A stretch of DNA of 64,000 bases, taken from positions 31,868,001 to 31,932,000 of the forward strand of contig OX597834.1 in NCBI GenBank assembly GCA_951406725.2, read 5' to 3'. A program made the position numbers and the translations under genes. The DNA is from Octopus vulgaris (Eukaryota). Position 1 is the stretch's first letter; each line of letters begins with the position of its first letter. The notes under the pieces were generated by a model. It searched no databases and had not been told where the DNA came from. It was given only the letters and a program-made list of their open reading frames with translations. Below, in pieces: positions 48,521 through 61,929 of the stretch.

Positions 48521-48771
48521 ATAGTTATGAGCTACTAATAGTTTCATACACTGAAGATGTGGTCTAGGCAGGTTTTTATAACATGAATAGTGTCTCCAAG
48601 CAATATTCAGAAACTTAGAATGTGGCCTGTAGAAGTTGCATGGCCTATACAAGTTAATTTGTAGAGGCCATTTGCTCAGCATCTGAAGATTGCTTGAAGA
48701 TACTAGGTGTGTTATAAAAACCTGCCTAGGCTATATCTCCAATGTATGAACTATCAGCAGCTCATAACTAT
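48521..48771. repeat. Imperfect foldback element, about 90-bp arms
   Basis: atagttatgagct...ctaggcaggtttttataaca is mirrored by tgttataaaaacctgcctagg...agctcataactat. Confidence 0.8.
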
Positions 48772-48861
48772 CTTTTACTGGTTTCACTCATTGGACTGCA
48801 GCCATGCTGAGGCACCTTCCTGAATTGTTTAATCAAACAAATCAATCCCAATACATATTTC

Positions 48862-49090
48862 TTAACCCTTTAGCATTTAAACCGGCCATATCCAGCCAAA
48901 AGCATTCTGCCTGTTTTATGTTCAAACTGGCCAGATCTGGTCTCTCACACCAACCATACAATATCATCTTAAAAATTAACAGCTACCTCATCAAAATCTC
49001 ATAGCTACAAGATAATGCATGATTAATTCAAGGCAATGAGGATAAAAAAGGATTAATTTTGGCAGAATAATGCGAACACTAATGGGTTAA
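48862..49090. mobile_element. piggyBac-like MITE, same family
   Basis: ttaaccctttagcatt...aacactaatgggttaa; TTAA at both ends. Confidence 0.75.
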
Positions 49091-49475
49091 AGCTGGTACT
49101 TATTCTGTTGAATTCTTTTGCTGGACCAGTAAGTCACAGGGATGTAAACAAACCAACACCAGTTGTCAAGTGTGGTGGTGGTGGTGGTGGTGGGGACAAA
49201 CATATACAAAGACACACACGACCCTCTGAGAGAGAGAGAGTGAAACCCTTTATTGCCAACAAAAGTAATAGCTTCATAAACCACTTTCACTCCTTTATCA
49301 TACTCTAATTAATATGCTTATCTACTTCTACCTGTAATTAGTCTAATAATTACTTTATGAATTGTCTAAAACAGACAAGATTGTTAATAACAAAACGAAT
49401 AAAGCATGGAAGACAAATATTAGCCATTTAAAGACGCACACAAAAGCTGTCAACTTAAACATTATTTGGTCAGGA

Positions 49476-49859
49476 GTGGAGGCGCAATGGCCCAGTGGTT
49501 AGGGCAGCGGACTCGCGGTCATAGGATCGCGGTGTTGATTCCCAGACCGGGCGTTGTGAGTGTTTATTGAGCGAAAACACCTAAAGCTCCACGAGGCTCC
49601 GGCAGGGGATGGTGGTGATCCCTGCTGTACTCTTTCACCACAACTTTCTCTCACTCTTACTTCCTGTTTCTGTTGTACCTGTATTTCAAAGGGCCGGCCT
49701 TGTCACTCTCTGTGTCACGCTGAATATCCCCGAGAACTACGTTAAGGGTACACGTGTCTGTGGAGTGGTCAGCCACTTACACGTTAATTTCACGAGCAGG
49801 CTGTTCCGTTGATTCGGATCAACCGGAACCCTCGTCGTCGTAACCAACGGAGTGCTTCC
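49476..49859 (+). mobile_element. Full-length tRNA-derived SINE (family D) with 12-bp TSD
   Basis: A box tggcccagtgg and B-box-like gtgttgattccc; atttggtcagga at 49464-49475 and 49860-49871; CpGs retained, suggesting a young copy. Confidence 0.9.
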
Positions 49860-49992
49860 ATTTGGTCAGGAAGGCATTTTTCAGTAAGATATTCTGGACC
49901 AGGTCACAGCGAGTATGATAAAAAATTTTATATTAAGCAATAAATGCTAACAGTCTCTGTGTGTCTTTGAATGGCTAATGTATATATATATA

Positions 49993-50377
49993 TCTCTCTC
50001 TATATAAACGGCAGTTTGTCTGTGCGTGTTTCTGTGTGTCTGTTTTCTCGTACCCTCACCCTGACCACGGCTTTCAACCGATTCTGATGAAACTTGACAC
50101 ACACATAGCCCAATGTCATAATTCAAAACTAACGCAGCGAAAATTTTGAAAAGTTCCCCCAGTTCTGAAAAAAATCGATAAATTCGACATGGGGTCGAGA
50201 ATGAGAAACCCAAACCACAGACCGTCTAGGGGACGCAACTCCACCTGTTTTAACTCTCAAAAAAAATTTACCATCATTTTTTTTCCATTTTTTTGCTATT
50301 TTTTGGCTATAACTCTCTAAAAATGCTTTATAGTTATTTCCCTTACAAACCTGAGCAACGCCGGGCGATACTGCTAG
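49993..50377 (+). mobile_element. Non-autonomous Helitron
   Basis: A|TC 5' end, subterminal hairpin cctgagcaacgccggg, CTAG|T 3' end. The 3' ~110 nt are shared with the 61522 element. Confidence 0.75.
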
Positions 50378-51621
50378 TATATATATATATATCTTCCAAA
50401 CTGTAACTGTTTTAGTTTCAATACTCAGTCTCAGATGAAATCACTTACCACACAAATACATCTCTGAAATATTAACAGCATAATTTTCCAAATTATCAAT
50501 CTCTTTACAATGTTTACAGCTTTTAAATATTTACCAATTTCATATCTACACTCCATTGCCATCGATTCAAATCTCTAATCGTCATCTTTACTCTGTATAA
50601 TATATCTACACAATGTTCTAATTAGTTTTATCTTCAATTATCATCGTTCCAGAGTATATTTACAATATTTATAGCAAGAACACTTCCAGATAAATTGATC
50701 ATTGATCTCCACACATCATTCTGTTCCCAAATGAGTATATGACTTCTGTTCCCAAATGAGTATACGATCTCTGTTCCCCGGCAAAAGTTTGTCATAAGAT
50801 TTAAAGTTCTGAACATATGGCCTAGTCTTCTTTTCAGTTTCAGAATTAAAAAAAAATAATAATAATAATAATAATAAAAAATTATATTTATTATTATGTG
50901 AAAATGCCACTAAGCACTTTGCTTCTGTCTGTATTATGTTCTGAGTTCCAATTCCACTGAGGTCTACTTCACCCTTCATCCTTTCAGAGTTGGTAAAGTA
51001 ACTACAAGTTGAGCACCAGGATCGATGTGACTTACCCACTCCCCCGATCTTGCTGGCCTTGTGCCAAAATTTGAAACTATTATTATTATTATTATTATTA
51101 TTACTAATGTGGCAAGCTGACATAATCCTTAGCACATCAGGCAAAGTCCTTAGTGGTATGTTGTCCATCTTTACCTTCTGAGTTCAAATCTGCCGAGGTT
51201 GACTTTGCCTCTCATCCTTTCGGGGTTGATAAAACAAGTACCAGTTATACACTGGGGTTGATGCCATCAACTTATCTCAACCCTGAAATTGCTGGCCTTG
51301 TGCCAAAATTTGAAACCATTTTTATAAGTAGTAGTATTCTTCTCCAAGGGTTTCATACAAATTTCTACCACACCACGTGGTGCACTTCCATGTTCCTGAG
51401 CTTAGTGTTTTTATTTTTGTGGGGGTTTGCCGAGTATAACCCCTCCTGTTGGCATGCTGTGTCAGTTAGTTTTCTTATAAAGTTGAGTTTACATTTCCTT
51501 ATGTTTGTTCTCTTCTGCATGGTATGTGTAATGTTGGTTGTCTTATTGGGTATTGAATCTTGTAAAGTATTTGGTGCACAAACTGTGTTGCTTTAAATTA
51601 TCAGCTGCTTTTTGTGTAGGG

Positions 51622-51820
51622 CAGTGCTTTTCAAACTTTTTGCTGGAGCGGAACCCCAAGGAAACATTCCACTGGCTCGAGGAACCCCTGTGCAATAATT
51701 TAAGTCTTATGCACACATATCTGCACAGGAAACTTTAAAATTACTGCCGATTTTAGCAGTTTTGTAACTTCTTGCGGAACCCCTGGACTGTACTGGCGGA
51801 ACCCTGGTTGAAAACCACTG
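51622..51820. mobile_element. hAT-type MITE with perfect 8-bp TSD
   Basis: TIR cagtgcttttcaa/ttgaaaaccactg; gtgtaggg at 51614-51621 and 51821-51828. Confidence 0.9.
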
Positions 51821-53239
51821 GTGTAGGGTATGGTCTGTGTGTGAAGATTTTTATGTTTGAGCTAATTTATCGAATTGGTAGTATCTTGATCAAAATATCA
51901 GCTGTTCCTAGCAGAGCTATTTGCTGTTACCAGTTTGCCCATCTTAACATTCTGAGTTCAAATTCCGCTGAGGTCAACTTTGTCTTTCATTCTTCCAGGG
52001 GTCAATAAAATAAATATCAATCAAGTACTGGGGTTGATGAAATCAACTTGCTCTCGCCCTCAAATTTAAGTTTTCTGCCTATAGTAGAAAGGATTATTAT
52101 TATTATTAATATCCCATTAAGGGTCCAAGTACTCTTCTATAATGGAGCTTTTCTCTAGTTGTTAACAAGAATAAATTTATTTACTAAACATTTCTGTCAG
52201 TAATTTTTCAACCCATTCATAACCGTATTTTGTTGGAATACACTGTGTTGCATTTTAAGTAATTTTTCCTAAAATAATGAAGAATTTAGTTCAAAATAAT
52301 TTGTCATTATTAAGGTATTGTAAGGCAGTGAGGTGGCAGAATCGTTACCATGTTGGGTAAAACGCTTAGCAGTATTCTGTCTGCCTTTACATTCTGAGCT
52401 CAAATTCTGCCAAGGTCGACTTTGCCTTTCACCCTTTCGGGACCAATGAGTACCAGTGGAGCACTGGGGTTGATATAATTGACTGTCCCCCTCCCCCAAA
52501 TTTCAGGCTATGTGTCTGTAGTTGAAAGGATTATTATTATTAAGGCAGTGAGCTAGCAGGATCGTTAACATGTTGAGTAGAATTTCATGTCTTAACATTC
52601 TGAGTTCAAATTCCGCTAAGGTCAACTTTGCTTTTCCTCCTTTTGGGGTCGATAAGATAAGTACTAGTTGGGACACTGGAGTCGGTGTGATTGACTTACC
52701 CCTCCACCAAAATTGCTGGCCTTGTGCCAAAATTTGAAACCCTTATAAATAATGGCTGCTGTTGTTAGGAACATAAACTGACAGTGTTCATTTCAGATCT
52801 CATTACAAGAGGTTTGTATCTTGGAATTAGGGTTGAAGTGGATTAGCATCAAAAGGGTTGAAATAATCTGTTCCTTTTGCTTCATTTTTGCATAACATGG
52901 GGAGTGCGGAAGGGGCTTTGTAAAAGACCAATTTTGCAAAAGACTGGCTTTGAACTTCAAAGGGTTGGGAATCTTTGCAATAAAACAATTCAAAGCCTGT
53001 AGGACTGTGCTGTTGATTGCAATAGTAGTAGAGGTCATTTCTGGATTCAATGGATAATGTAATGGAAGTGAGTGTATGTGGCATATATTCATACATATGT
53101 ATGTATGTATACATGTATGTAAGCGTGCATGTGTGTGTGTGTGTGTATAATGTGAGTGCTTGTGGTGAATATACATGTGTTTGTGTGGTGCCATATGTTC
53201 TCAGCCAATAACGTGCCAAATATATTCTGTTCATTCATG

Positions 53240-53802
53240 TGTGTATATGTGTGTGTACACACATGCTAGCTTGTGTGTGTGTGTACACACATGCTAGTTT
53301 GTGTGTGTGTGTGTGCATGAGTACTGATGTCTGCATGTGTATATGCATGGATCTTGTGTGTGTGTGTATGTGTACATGAACACTGATGTCTGTATGTGTG
53401 TATATGTATATGTATGGATGTTGCGTGTGTGTGCATGAACACTGATGTCTGCATGTGTGTATGTATGTGTAATGTATATATGTATGGATGTTGTGTGTGT
53501 GTGCATGAACACTGATGTCTGCATGTGTGTATGTATGTGTAATGTATATATGTATGGATGTTGTGTGTGTGTGTGTACATGAACACTGATGTCTGTATGT
53601 GTGTATGTGTATATGTATGGATGTTGTGTGTGTGTATGTGTGCATGAACACTGATGTGTGTATGTGTATATGTATGAATGTTGTGTGTGTGTGTGTGTGT
53701 GTATGTGTGCATGAACACTGAAGTCTGTATGTGTATATGTATGGATGCTGTGTGTGTGTGTGTGCATGAACACTGATGTGAGTATGTGTATATGCATGGA
53801 TG

Positions 53803-53835
<33 letters not shown>

Positions 53836-53890
53836 CACTGATGTGTGTATGTGTATATGCATGGATGTTGTGTGTGTGTGTGTGTGCATA
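53240..53890. repeat. TG-rich minisatellite, about 55-62-bp unit (atgaacactgatgt...)
   Basis: Anchor motif recurs about 9 times. Confidence 0.9.
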
Positions 53891-54492
53891 GGTGTTACCA
53901 TTCTCAATCAGTAGTGTGCCAAATATATTTGGTTCATTCATTTATTCATGTGTGAGTGTGTGTGTATGTGTATGTGTGAATGTGTATGTGTATGCTTATT
54001 TATTCATGTGTGCATGTCCTTCCTGCCCCCCCTATCCTATTGATCATGTTCTTTCTTTCTTTCTTTCTTTCTTCATTCTCTTCTCTTCTTGTTTCGTTTT
54101 TGTTTTCTGCTTCAGGAGTCCAGCGTTTTGTGCCCGATGAGTTGTCAAAGACACAGGGAAAGTGGACCGATTCTATTTTACTTCGCATCAAAGACAAAAA
54201 CAGAAGTCTGCCAACTACATAAAACAACAACAAAGAAGACCAAAAAAAAAACAATAAAAACAATAAAAAATGAATAACAAAAGAAAAGAAAAGCAATGTT
54301 TGGCTGTTTTTGTTGTTGTTGTTGTGGTCCATTAGATGTAGAATTACGAGGATGGGAAACCTAGCATAAAAGAACTTAGATCCAGCTGTCTGTCTGCAGA
54401 AATCAAGGAATCGATTTCTTCCAAACGTTTTATTATCTGGCACCAAACCCACCTTAATGGCCAAGGTTAATTAGCTATAAATAAATAAGTAA

Positions 54493-54536
<44 letters not shown>

Positions 54537-54639
54537 GTGTATATAATATCATCTAATGAGATTTAGTTTTTTCACACACACACTTTTACATATACGTTCA
54601 TTTACACTGAAACACATATACAAGCACTTGCATGCACAT

Positions 54640-54679
<40 letters not shown>

Positions 54680-54839
54680 ACACACACACATACATACACA
54701 TACACACGCAAAGGCATCTAAGCTCCTTTGTTTGACAAGTAGCAAACAAATTCTAACTGCATTCCTGTGGTGGCCCCAACATTTCAAAGAAAGGTCAATT
54801 AGGAGGGCCTGATTTTAAAGTTTCACACCAACACTTTTA

Positions 54840-54866
54840 TATATATATATATATATATACATATAA

Positions 54867-54939
<73 letters not shown>

Positions 54940-54974
54940 CAGATAGATAGACAGACAGATAGATAGGCAGACAG

Positions 54975-55029
<55 letters not shown>

Positions 55030-55085
55030 TACATACAGATATATATAGATATATATACATACATAGATACATACATATATATATT
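54840..55085. repeat. Compound (TA)n/(GATA)n/(CA)n microsatellite
   Basis: Direct reading. Confidence 0.95.
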
Positions 55086-55329
55086 TGTTTATTTTTGTTG
55101 GTTCTTTGTTCTCTTTCACTCTCTCTCTCTCTCTCTCTCCTTATTTATTTCTGTATTTTTTTGTTTTTGTATATTTTTACACTCTCGTTTTCATTAGTTA
55201 TTAATTTCTTTTACTTTCATTGTGGGCCGATCCACTGACCATGTTGGACATTACATTTTAGCTTATTGAATGGACGGACGATGTAGTGGGGGGGAAAAAA
55301 CAGAAGCAAAATAAAAAAAAAAAACAAAC

Positions 55330-55332
<3 letters not shown>

Positions 55333-55427
<95 letters not shown>
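55333..55427. repeat. (AAT)n microsatellite
   Basis: Direct reading. Confidence 0.97.
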
Positions 55428-57108
55428 GGCTATAAACATTATACAAAAATAACAGCTAACAAAAAATGCAATAAAAACAAAATATTTAAAATATGGAATT
55501 TCTGTAAGATATTCCTTGGTTCTTCTGATAATAAAACAAGACAGAAATAATTTAGAGGATGGAATGTTTTGGAAGGGAAAATTGAAGAAGGAATGTAAAA
55601 TATATTGGTAAAATTTGCAGCTCATTTGTTCATTGGTCTGATGTGTCTCAAAAGCTGACAGGCATTAAAGAAAATATTTTTCAAAAATCCCCTCAAAATC
55701 TTGACAAAAAACATTAAAAAAGCCATAATGGACTCTGAATTAATATGGCTGAACTATCTTTAGAATTTGTCAACTGACTGGACGTCTTGGAGTTTGTATT
55801 TCTTAACTTTTTTACTGAGATTCTTTTAATGTATTTTTTTTGGTAAATTCTTTAGGAGTTTTCTCCTGTTATATGTATATTTGTTTTTTGTTTTCTTTTT
55901 TGTTCTATTTTGTTTTTATTTTCATGTGGTTCTTTGGCTCAAGTTTTGGATTTTGTCTTCTGCTTTTAAAATTACATTATTAATATTTCAATTTGATTAC
56001 TTTTTTATATTTATTCTTTCTTTTTTTTCTTTCTTTTATACATTTCTTCATCGCTGTTGTTTCTTTCGCATCTTCCTTCCCCACCCCCTTCTCCATTTTT
56101 CTTTCACATTTTCAGATATTTTCAAACCTGGCTCTAAAAGAAAATTTTATATCAGCGAAAAAGACATTTTCTTTCTTATGTATTCAAATCTATATTTTTA
56201 AAAAAAATTCAACTATATTTTGTATTTATCTTTTGTATCTTCTTTTTGATATTTAAATTTTATAGTTTTCACCTTATCTTATTTTTGCTTTTTTATAGTG
56301 TTGTTGTTTGCCATTTTCTATGTAATTTAAAGACATATATTCCAGAACATTCTAGTGGACTTGATTAGAATATTGAGAAGATGCAAATTTTCTATGTCTT
56401 TATGACTCATCCCATTTGAATGATTGAGTTCTTTTTCATTTCATGGCTGAAGCAAAATGGATGAATTTATATTTTCATTGACCAAAATTGACTATTTCAT
56501 CATGGAATTAGAGAATTCCTCATATTTAACGAGGGAATTTCCATTCTCCCCCGTTTTCCCCTCCTCTGCAAAATGTATAAATTTTCTCTGGAAAAATTTG
56601 ACTCTTTTAATATAAAACTGTCTGGTTGAATTTGAAGCAAAATCACAACCCAAATTTCATTACAATGTGAATGACAACATGAGATTTTAGATGGCCATCT
56701 TCAAGATAATAAATACGTTTATATAAGATTATAGATATTTTACTTACTGCTTTTGCATTTAAACCAGCCATATCCAGCCCAAATATTCCATTTTATGGTC
56801 AAACAGGCCATATCCAGCCTTTCACACCTACCCTACAATGTCATTCTAAAAGTAATCATGCCACTGGAATCACCACAGCTATGAGATGAAGCATGATTAA
56901 TTCACAACAATGTGAAAATAAAAGCATTACATTTGACAGAGTAATTTGAATGCTAAAGGGTAAGACCCCTTCCAAATATCATGATTATATCGAAAATTGG
57001 AGCATTCCGGGATTCTTCTTTGAAATATAATCACCAAAGAATTTATTACAGTTTCTTCTTATTCAATGAAATTTGGCTCTTTGAGATTAAACAGTAAACC
57101 TGTTAAAA

Positions 57109-58077
57109 ATGGAGCCTGAAATTTCTGTTCAGACAGGTGTAATCATAGCTGTTAATTTTATCATCATTGTTGGTAATATTCTTATAATTCTTGTACTTTG
57201 CAACACGAATTGCCTTCACAATGTCAACAAACTGTTTTTCTATTCACTGACTTTTGCTGACCTCTGTCTAGGACTTTTCATAACTCCATTTTCCATCCTC
57301 ACCTCCTTTTTTGGCCAATGGGTGTATGGTGACAACAGATTTTGTCAAATTGAAGCGTATCTTACTACTATATTCTGGATCGCTGGCCTGTATTCACTGA
57401 TGTGCATCAATGTTGACCACTACATTGCTATTCGTAGACCAGAGCGGTACAATACACTCATGTCTCCAGTACGCTGTATCTGTTGGACAGTTTTCGTGTG
57501 GTTTTCAGCTTTCAGCTTCTGCTGTCCTCCGCTCTTTGCACTACATCGTGCGCGATACGACGAGGAAGCCTTCATGTGCATCATCGACACCAGGCTCCAA
57601 TTGGCCTACTTCATCACAGCAGGACTCATCATGACCTGTCCACCGATATTTGGGCTGATCTACACCATTTCCTACCTGTGCTCCTCTTCCTTCAGAAAGA
57701 AACGAGAGGTCTATGAGACAATCCTTCAAGACCGAGCGTCTCGACCATGGAATTACTTCATGAACTCTGTAGCATCTGTAATATTCACCTTGGCATGGAT
57801 CCCATGGTGCGTTTTACAAGTGCACGATATTATTTATAGTAGGAACCAAAATGGATACAGGAGCCCTTTGCATTTTTACTTGTTGTGGCTTGCCATCGGG
57901 AACTCATTCTACAAGTTTTTCATCTATATAACAATGAGTCGTGAGTTTCGTATGGGTCTGCGGCAACTGTGGAGCAAACCTGACTGCTCGTGTTCAGCTT
58001 CCAGAATACAGGAGCAAGAATCAAACGTTATAACTTTAGACACAAAAATGAGGAACAGATCAACTATGGATGTCTAG
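57109..58077 (+). CDS. Intronless rhodopsin-family (class A) GPCR, dopamine/ecdysteroid receptor (DopEcR)-like, 322 aa
   Basis: Seven hydrophobic segments with GN (TM1), SLTFADL (TM2), WVYG..FC, DHY, AWIPW. The RC.CW..F.W.SA...CCPP and WL.I.NSF.K......S..FR..LR patterns match insect DopEcR as I recall it. The GPCR call is firm; the subfamily comes from memory. Confidence 0.93.
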   Translation: MEPEISVQTGVIIAVNFIIIVGNILIILVLCNTNCLHNVNKLFFYSLTFADLCLGLFITPFSILTSFFGQWVYGDNRFCQIEAYLTTIFWIAGLYSLMCINVDHYIAIRRPERYNTLMSPVRCICWTVFVWFSAFSFCCPPLFALHRARYDEEAFMCIIDTRLQLAYFITAGLIMTCPPIFGLIYTISYLCSSSFRKKREVYETILQDRASRPWNYFMNSVASVIFTLAWIPWCVLQVHDIIYSRNQNGYRSPLHFYLLWLAIGNSFYKFFIYITMSREFRMGLRQLWSKPDCSCSASRIQEQESNVITLDTKMRNRSTMDV

Positions 58078-59934
58078 AAATCTATAAAAAAAAAATGCAC
58101 CATAATACAGTTCACAAAACTTATTTTCCAAATTTTTTTCACTGTTGTACATCCATATGGGATGATTTATTCTGTTGGAACATTTGTTTAAATATCTGGA
58201 TAATGCCCTTCTGATTGCTAGCTAAACACTCAACCATGACTTAAGAACTTGGAATCTAATACATATTGTGGTTCACTCTGTCCAGATGAAGCAAATGGAG
58301 GTGATATGCCTTGTACAGAGGCACAATGTAATGGCTGGAGTTAAGGTTTGAAATTCTGACCTTGTTGTTTATATGGCCAATCCTTTAACCTTATATCTAT
58401 TTTGTGTGAATGAGTAAATACTAGTACAACACAAATTTCCTGAACTCTTATAATCTGCTCTAATGAGTAGGAACTTCAGGTTCCCACTACCACCAAATTA
58501 GTTTACAAGTATCTTGATACAATTTGTATCATTAATACATGTGTACAGATAACTGGATTCCATTTAATTATTTAAGTAAATTTAATATTTGATTAATTTA
58601 AAGTGTAATGACCAGGGTGACCACCTCTGGTTTGGAAAAATCAGTAATTTAGGAAGGTTCCAGAAGAATAATGCACCTGTATCTCACTGTAGAGTTGTTA
58701 CTGAACTGTGTCTCTAGGGATCAGAAGGAACCACAGTCATTGAGGGCTTTTCACTACTTTTGGGTTTATATTTCTGGACTTGGCCCTCTGCTCTACAGCC
58801 AACAAGGGAATCTCTATACCAGTCGTGGACAACTTGCAACCTGTGGGCAGCATGCGGCCATGAGGGAACTTTAGATGGGGGATGTTAGTCATGTCCGTTG
58901 AGGGAGGGAAAATGACTAACGCAAAGTTACCATGAACATTTTTAGGATGAGTCATGTTTCATATGATCCACTTCTCAAAAAAGGTCATCCATGCCTGCTC
59001 CATATTGTTACTCAACCTGTTAGAAACAGCAGCTAAACCTTCTTCAAATCACAGCTTATTATCTTAAAAATGAAAAAGACACATTATATAATGTTGTCCT
59101 TCATACCACCAGTTTAAAAAAGATGAGATGGTCATGGCTGGAATGCCATTGTCTTGAGGTTTGGTGACAGCAAATCACCTCAAATCTCAAGAATCTTTCT
59201 TAAGATCCTTGCAGAATACAGGTCAGTACTTTTCTGCATGTCTTATTTCCAATATAGGTCCACAGTGTCAGGATTAATTAGGCAGGGTGATGGGGTCACA
59301 CATCATCAACAACTAAGCCAGGGCTTCTCATTGGTTTATATAACATTAAGTGGATAACTTTGCAGGTAACTCTCATCTTGGGATGATGTGTTTTTGGCAA
59401 TGCAAACCAAGGAAGCGTTCATTCAATTCTTCAATGTTTCCACTGTGTATAGTAGCATATACGAATCATTCCTGTGCCTTGTGGTGCTTATTTTCTTCCT
59501 TAGGCTCTCAACTGCTGATGGAGTTCTAGGGGCATTATCAAAGTATAGTGTATCTGGGGTATTTTAAAGTTGGCTGAGCCTATTCCTCTTTCGGGACCCT
59601 GGTTCCTACATGATTGTTTTTTTTTCTAGGGAGAGAGCAAGAGAAAATGAGAAAGTTAAGGAGAATGAGAGGGGAACCAACCCCTGTATTTTTGCTGGGT
59701 GTGCGCTGCACACCTAGCAAAAATGGCAAATTCATAATAAATATTTTCTTACTCGTTAATTTAATTACAAATCTTAATGGAAAACTTTTGTTATACTCCT
59801 GCTTGAAATTTGGTGGCATTGGGTGTGGCAGCATATTCAATACAACAACCACCATACACCACTGATGTTAACACATGTACACATCTATATCTAGGTAAAT
59901 GAATGTGTGTGTACATTCAGTTTTATCGTTATAT

Positions 59935-60161
59935 TTAACCCTTTAGTGTTTAAACTGGCCATATCCGGCTGAAGTTTTCTACCTATTTTATGTTTAGACT
60001 GACCAGATCAGGCCTCTCACACCTAACCTACATTGACATTCTAAAAATGAACAATCACGTCATTGAAACCTCAAAGCTATAAGATAATGAATGATTAATT
60101 AAAAACAATTTGAGTGAAAAAGTATTACATTTAACAGAGTAATCTGAACACTAAAGGGTTA
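59935..60161. mobile_element. piggyBac-like MITE, same family
   Basis: ttaaccctttagtgtt...aacactaaagggttaa; perfect terminal inverted repeat with TTAA. Confidence 0.8.
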
Positions 60162-60342
60162 ATAAACATTTAGTCTTGCTGTGTGTACGTGTGTGTGTGA
60201 GGGATGAGCATGCTTACATGATGTATGTGGTTTTTCTGTGTATTCCTTTGATGTCCTTCTGTGCAAATTTGCACTCCTGTGTCATCATCAGCGTTTAACG
60301 TTCGCTTTCCATGCTAGCATGGGTTGGACGGTTTGACTGAGG

Positions 60343-60557
60343 TGAGCGAGCTGGCAGAAACGTTAGCACGCCGGGCGAAATGCATAGCCGTAGTTCGTCT
60401 GCCGTTACGTTCTGAGTTCAAATTCCGCCGAGGTCGATTTTGCCTTTCATCCCTTCGGGGTCAATTAAATAAGTACCAGTTACACACTGGGGTCGATATA
60501 ATCGACTTAATCCGTTTGTCTGTCCTCGTTTGTCCCTTTGTGGGTAGTAAAGAAATA
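60343..60557 (+). mobile_element. SINE family C with a 13-bp target-site duplication, nested in a family B element (about 60282-60960, -)
   Basis: Flanked by ggtttgactgagg (60330-60342) and ggtttgaccgagg (60558-60570). Confidence 0.85.
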
Positions 60558-60960
60558 GGTTTGACCGAGGACCTGCAAGCCAGAAGGCTGCACCAGGCTC
60601 CAATCTGATCCACCAAAGTTTCTACAGCTGGATGCCCTTCCTAATGCCAACCACTCTGAGAGTGTAGTGGGTGCTTTTATGTGCCACCGGACAGGGGCCA
60701 GTCAGGCGGTTCTGGCAACAGTCATGTTCAAATGGGGTTTTTTACATGCCACCTGCACAGGAGCCAGTCCAGCAGCACTGGCAACAACCATGCTCAAATG
60801 TTGTTTTTCACATGCCACTGGCACAGGTACCAGTAAGGTGATGCTGGTAACGATCATGCTCAAATGGTGCTTTTTATGTGCCACTGGCAAGGGAGTCAGT
60901 CATTGGCCCTGGTAACAATCACGCTCGGATGGTGCTTTTAATGTTCCACTGGCACAGTTA

Positions 60961-61007
<47 letters not shown>

Positions 61008-61292
61008 GACATGTACACATGACCATTGTATTCTGTGATTTCATTAAATGGTTCAGTTATTATTTTTCAATGCTTGGAGCTTTGGTCAATGATAATGAGG
61101 AATAGTTTATTCAGTAAAATACTTTCCTACTGTCCACCCCTCCTCATTTCTATTTGGTTCAATCCATTGTCTGGGTTTAAAACCACCACTTGACTTTTGT
61201 GCTTTTAACAGAGCTCACTCTCTTACAAGCATTTAGCTCAACCCTTTTGTCTGACAGTCTGAGGGTAACTTTTCCCTATTGCCAATACTGTA

Positions 61293-61507
61293 CAGGGTGT
61301 TCATAAATTACTTTTATAACTTCCACAGCAAATTGAATCTATTAACGTTGAGATCCATCGATATACTTCTTTGCATGTTAAATAAAGATTATTAAAATTT
61401 TAATATTGTTTTAATATTTGAATTACTTTCGTTAATCTTTAAAGGTGTTTATTATTATCCCTGACTTATAAGTTTCCTAACTGTAAAGGTAATTTATGGA
61501 CATCCAG
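61293..61507. mobile_element. Tc1/mariner-type MITE
   Basis: ta-cagggtgttcataaattac...gtaatttatggacatccag-ta; imperfect TIR, TA TSD. Confidence 0.8.
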
Positions 61508-61521
61508 TATAATATAGTAAA

Positions 61522-61929
61522 CTAGCAGTATCGCCCGGCGTTGCTCGGGTTTGTAAGGGAAATAACTATAAAGCATTTTTAGAGAGTTATAGCCAAAAAA
61601 TAGCAAAAAAATAGCAAAAAAATACATTAAAAATGGAAAAAAAATTATGGTAAATTTTTTTTTAAATCGTTGACTCATCGTAGACATTTTTAGAGAGTTA
61701 CTTCCCTTATATAATAGCGAAAAAATGCATTAAAATGGAAAAAAATTATGGTAAATTATTTTTAAAATTGTAGACTCATCGTAGATGTGCGCTAATACCC
61801 AGAAGGGCTCGATATGAATCACGACTATAAGATACCCGGTTTTGGTTAAACTGCACTGCAAAATGTGGGAGTAGTTAGGAATCTAAATCGTAGGAGACAG
61901 ACACACAACTTCTCTTTTATATATAAAGA
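61522..61929 (-). mobile_element. Non-autonomous Helitron
   Basis: Minus strand a|tctttatatataaaag...cccgagcaacgccgggcgatactgctag|t. Confidence 0.75.

Noticed and set aside
49476-49555. tRNA gene
   Set aside because: Continues into a SINE body bounded by a 12-bp TSD.
53235-53941. Regularly spaced repeats and His/Thr-rich ORFs, superficially CRISPR-like
   Set aside because: The spacers are TG microsatellite rather than unique sequence; eukaryotic context, no cas genes.
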